DNA of 9,593 nucleotides from Giardia intestinalis (Eukaryota): NCBI GenBank assembly GCA_000002435.2, contig AACB03000030.1; one strand, 5' to 3'. Shown piece by piece: positions 8,041 to 9,593 of this stretch (position 1 is its first letter; each line of letters starts with the position of its first letter). The notes under the pieces were generated by a model. It saw only the letters and a program-made list of their open reading frames with translations, ran no database searches and was not told where the DNA came from. The position numbers and the translations under genes were made by a program.

Positions 8041-9593
8041 TCACGCCTTCCCCCTGCACACGAACCACCAGCAGAGAAGCCCACGAGGCCCCCCACGACA
8101 GCGATGACAGCCACGGAGATCCCCGCGATGGCCCCGTGGAGAGCCCGCTCCTGTTGGTGCCAGAGGACACACACATGCCATCCCTCGGGACATAGCCTCC
8201 TCGCACTCCCCGCAGACGCCCTCTGCGCTGCACCGCATGCACCTCTCTATGTCACAGACAATGCACTGGGTGCCGTCCAGGCTGGGTCTCTGGTCTTTAT
8301 TGGTACATGCCTCACACTTGTTGTCTGCGCTGCAGTGAGAGCAGCCCTGGGCCGGACACACATAGCAGGTGCTTCCAGCCATGTTGGGCTTCTTATGTCC
8401 TCAGCACACACCTCGCACATCCCGTCGATGGCGCAGCTCTTGCACCCGCCGACCGCACACAGGGTGCACCCGCTGCCATCCTTGTTGGGCTTCTTCGTCT
8501 TGTCGCACGCACTACAGACCGCCGCGGCCATCGCATTGGCGGCTGGCGCCTGCGGGGCCGCGCACGCCGTGCAGTCTAGCACGCCGACGTACGCCTTGTC
8601 GCCCGCGGTCGCTCCCACAGGGTTGCCACAGGCAAGCACGGACTGCTGAGCAGCAGAGTCCCCAGGAATCTTGAAGTAGCGCCCGACCGGTGTGGTGCAG
8701 AACCACTTGGAGCCGCAGAGCACATGAGGTTGCCAGGAGCCTTCGACACATCATAGCAACCACCCATATAGAGGAAGTAGTTGTTGGTGCACCGCGTACA
8801 TACGCCATCGGCGCAGGTATTACCTGCAAGTGCATTGGTGCACTTCCCATTAATAGGGCCATAGCCGGCGCCAACACACTTTGAACAGTAAGAGAGCATG
8901 CTGCCGTCGTTGCCGACCACGATGGGCGTCGCAGGCCCCTGCTGTCCCTCCACATGCAGTCTCATCTTCACAGGTCTTTGTACATGTGAGGTCGCTAGGT
9001 TCTCCGCTGGGTCTGTAGTTGGGCTTACATTCAGTGCATTTGAGGGACCCCACGCCGCCTGTGCACTCGGCACAGCCTGGAATCCCACTTGTCTCGTCAT
9101 CACAGAGAACGCATGTCTTAGGCGGGCCATCCTTAAGGAGTACCCCGGCATGCATCTTGTACATGTGTTGATTTGACCCGCTGTTCCGCACTCTGCGCAG
9201 TTTCCTGTGCAGGCCTCGCAGGCGTTTCCGTTGACTTTTACCCGTCGACACAAGCCTCGCAGGTGCCTTTTGCGGTGCACAGCTTGCAGTTCTGGACTCC
9301 GCCCTTACCATTGTCGCCGCACTGCACGCACTTCGAGGCGTCGTAGAAGTGCGTCTTGCCCACTTTGCACTCGGCCTCATCAACACAGGTCGTTGTCCCA
9401 TCCAGCTCGTCTCTGACCGTCTTACTACCGCAGTCGGTGCACTTCGGCTTCCCGTGGCGTCGTCGTATGCACACGCGGTGCATCCTTGTATCTCACTGCA
9501 GGCCTTACAGGTCCAGGTCTTCTTGTCCGCATAGTTACCATTGTCACATCCACCAGCATCTACACAAGTGTTACCATCCTTCAGGTACTTCCC
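8041..9593 (-). pseudogene. VSP-like cassette 5. Partial (5' end lies beyond the right edge). GC-rich divergent subfamily, heavily frameshifted.
   Basis: Overlapping minus-strand track ORFs 8041..8382, 8247..8723, 8576..9280, 8850..9401 and 9238..9483 all carry VSP motifs (AYVGV, KKPNKDGSGC, NNYFLYMGGCY, CTKTCEDETACGGTAGACDA, GKPKCTDCGSKT). The TM region is thrown out of frame by two 1-bp deletions (cagcagagaagccc versus cagcagaggaagccc; gatggccccgtgg versus gatggcccccgtgg). The last 45 nt before the stop, and the 3'UTR, are identical to the other cassettes. Confidence 0.75.

Noticed and set aside
1-9593. Alternative identities for the Cys-rich repeats: ciliate surface antigens, EGF or furin-like repeat proteins, Entamoeba or Spironucleus cysteine-rich proteins
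   Set aside because: Three features point specifically to Giardia VSPs. The C-terminal TM helix is followed by the exact five-residue tail CRGKA. The FLYMGGCY (GGCY) motif is present. The Giardia-specific poly(A) signal AGTRAAY lies 7 nt after the stop. Spironucleus CRMPs have different basic tails.

Overview
This window is eukaryotic, not prokaryotic. The entire minus strand is a head-to-tail tandem array of six cysteine-rich cassettes that match Giardia (diplomonad) variant-specific surface proteins (VSPs). Four are complete and two are cut by the window edges. The family assignment rests on several features read directly from the sequence. There are dozens of CXXC motifs and FLYMGGCY / GGCY motifs. 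The C-terminal transmembrane helix ([36 protein letters not shown]) ends in the invariant CRGKA tail. A Giardia-type poly(A) signal AGTGAAT (consensus AGTRAAY) lies 7 nt after every stop codon. The organisation is the striking part. (i) No cassette has an ATG or a signal peptide. Each open frame starts with a Trp codon immediately after a TAG and carries the conserved start W-S-E/V-ICTKAEGGLCTACK...GECILC. (ii) Consecutive cassettes are separated by a fixed 51-bp spacer (61 bp once). The spacer holds the poly(A) signal and three TGATAG motifs that close all three frames. (iii) Every cassette carries at least one single-base frameshift relative to its sisters. (iv) The cassettes are mosaics of each other. 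A 1042-bp block is 100% identical between cassettes 1 and 4 but is flanked by divergent sequence. A ~754-bp near-identical block sits one unit out of phase, and 20-30-nt identity patches occur elsewhere. (v) A conserved ~280-bp junction module (TM-CRGKA-3'UTR-spacer-conserved 5' block) flanks each variable core. Together this looks like a silent archive of start-less donor cassettes with conserved homology arms. That architecture is classically associated with antigenic variation by segmental gene conversion, as in the trypanosome VSG, Anaplasma msp2, Borrelia vls and Neisseria pilS systems. It is not the mechanism usually emphasised for Giardia VSP switching. The plus-strand ORFs in the track are antisense artefacts. 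Many 'M' starts in the ORF track are GTG codons, not real initiation sites.
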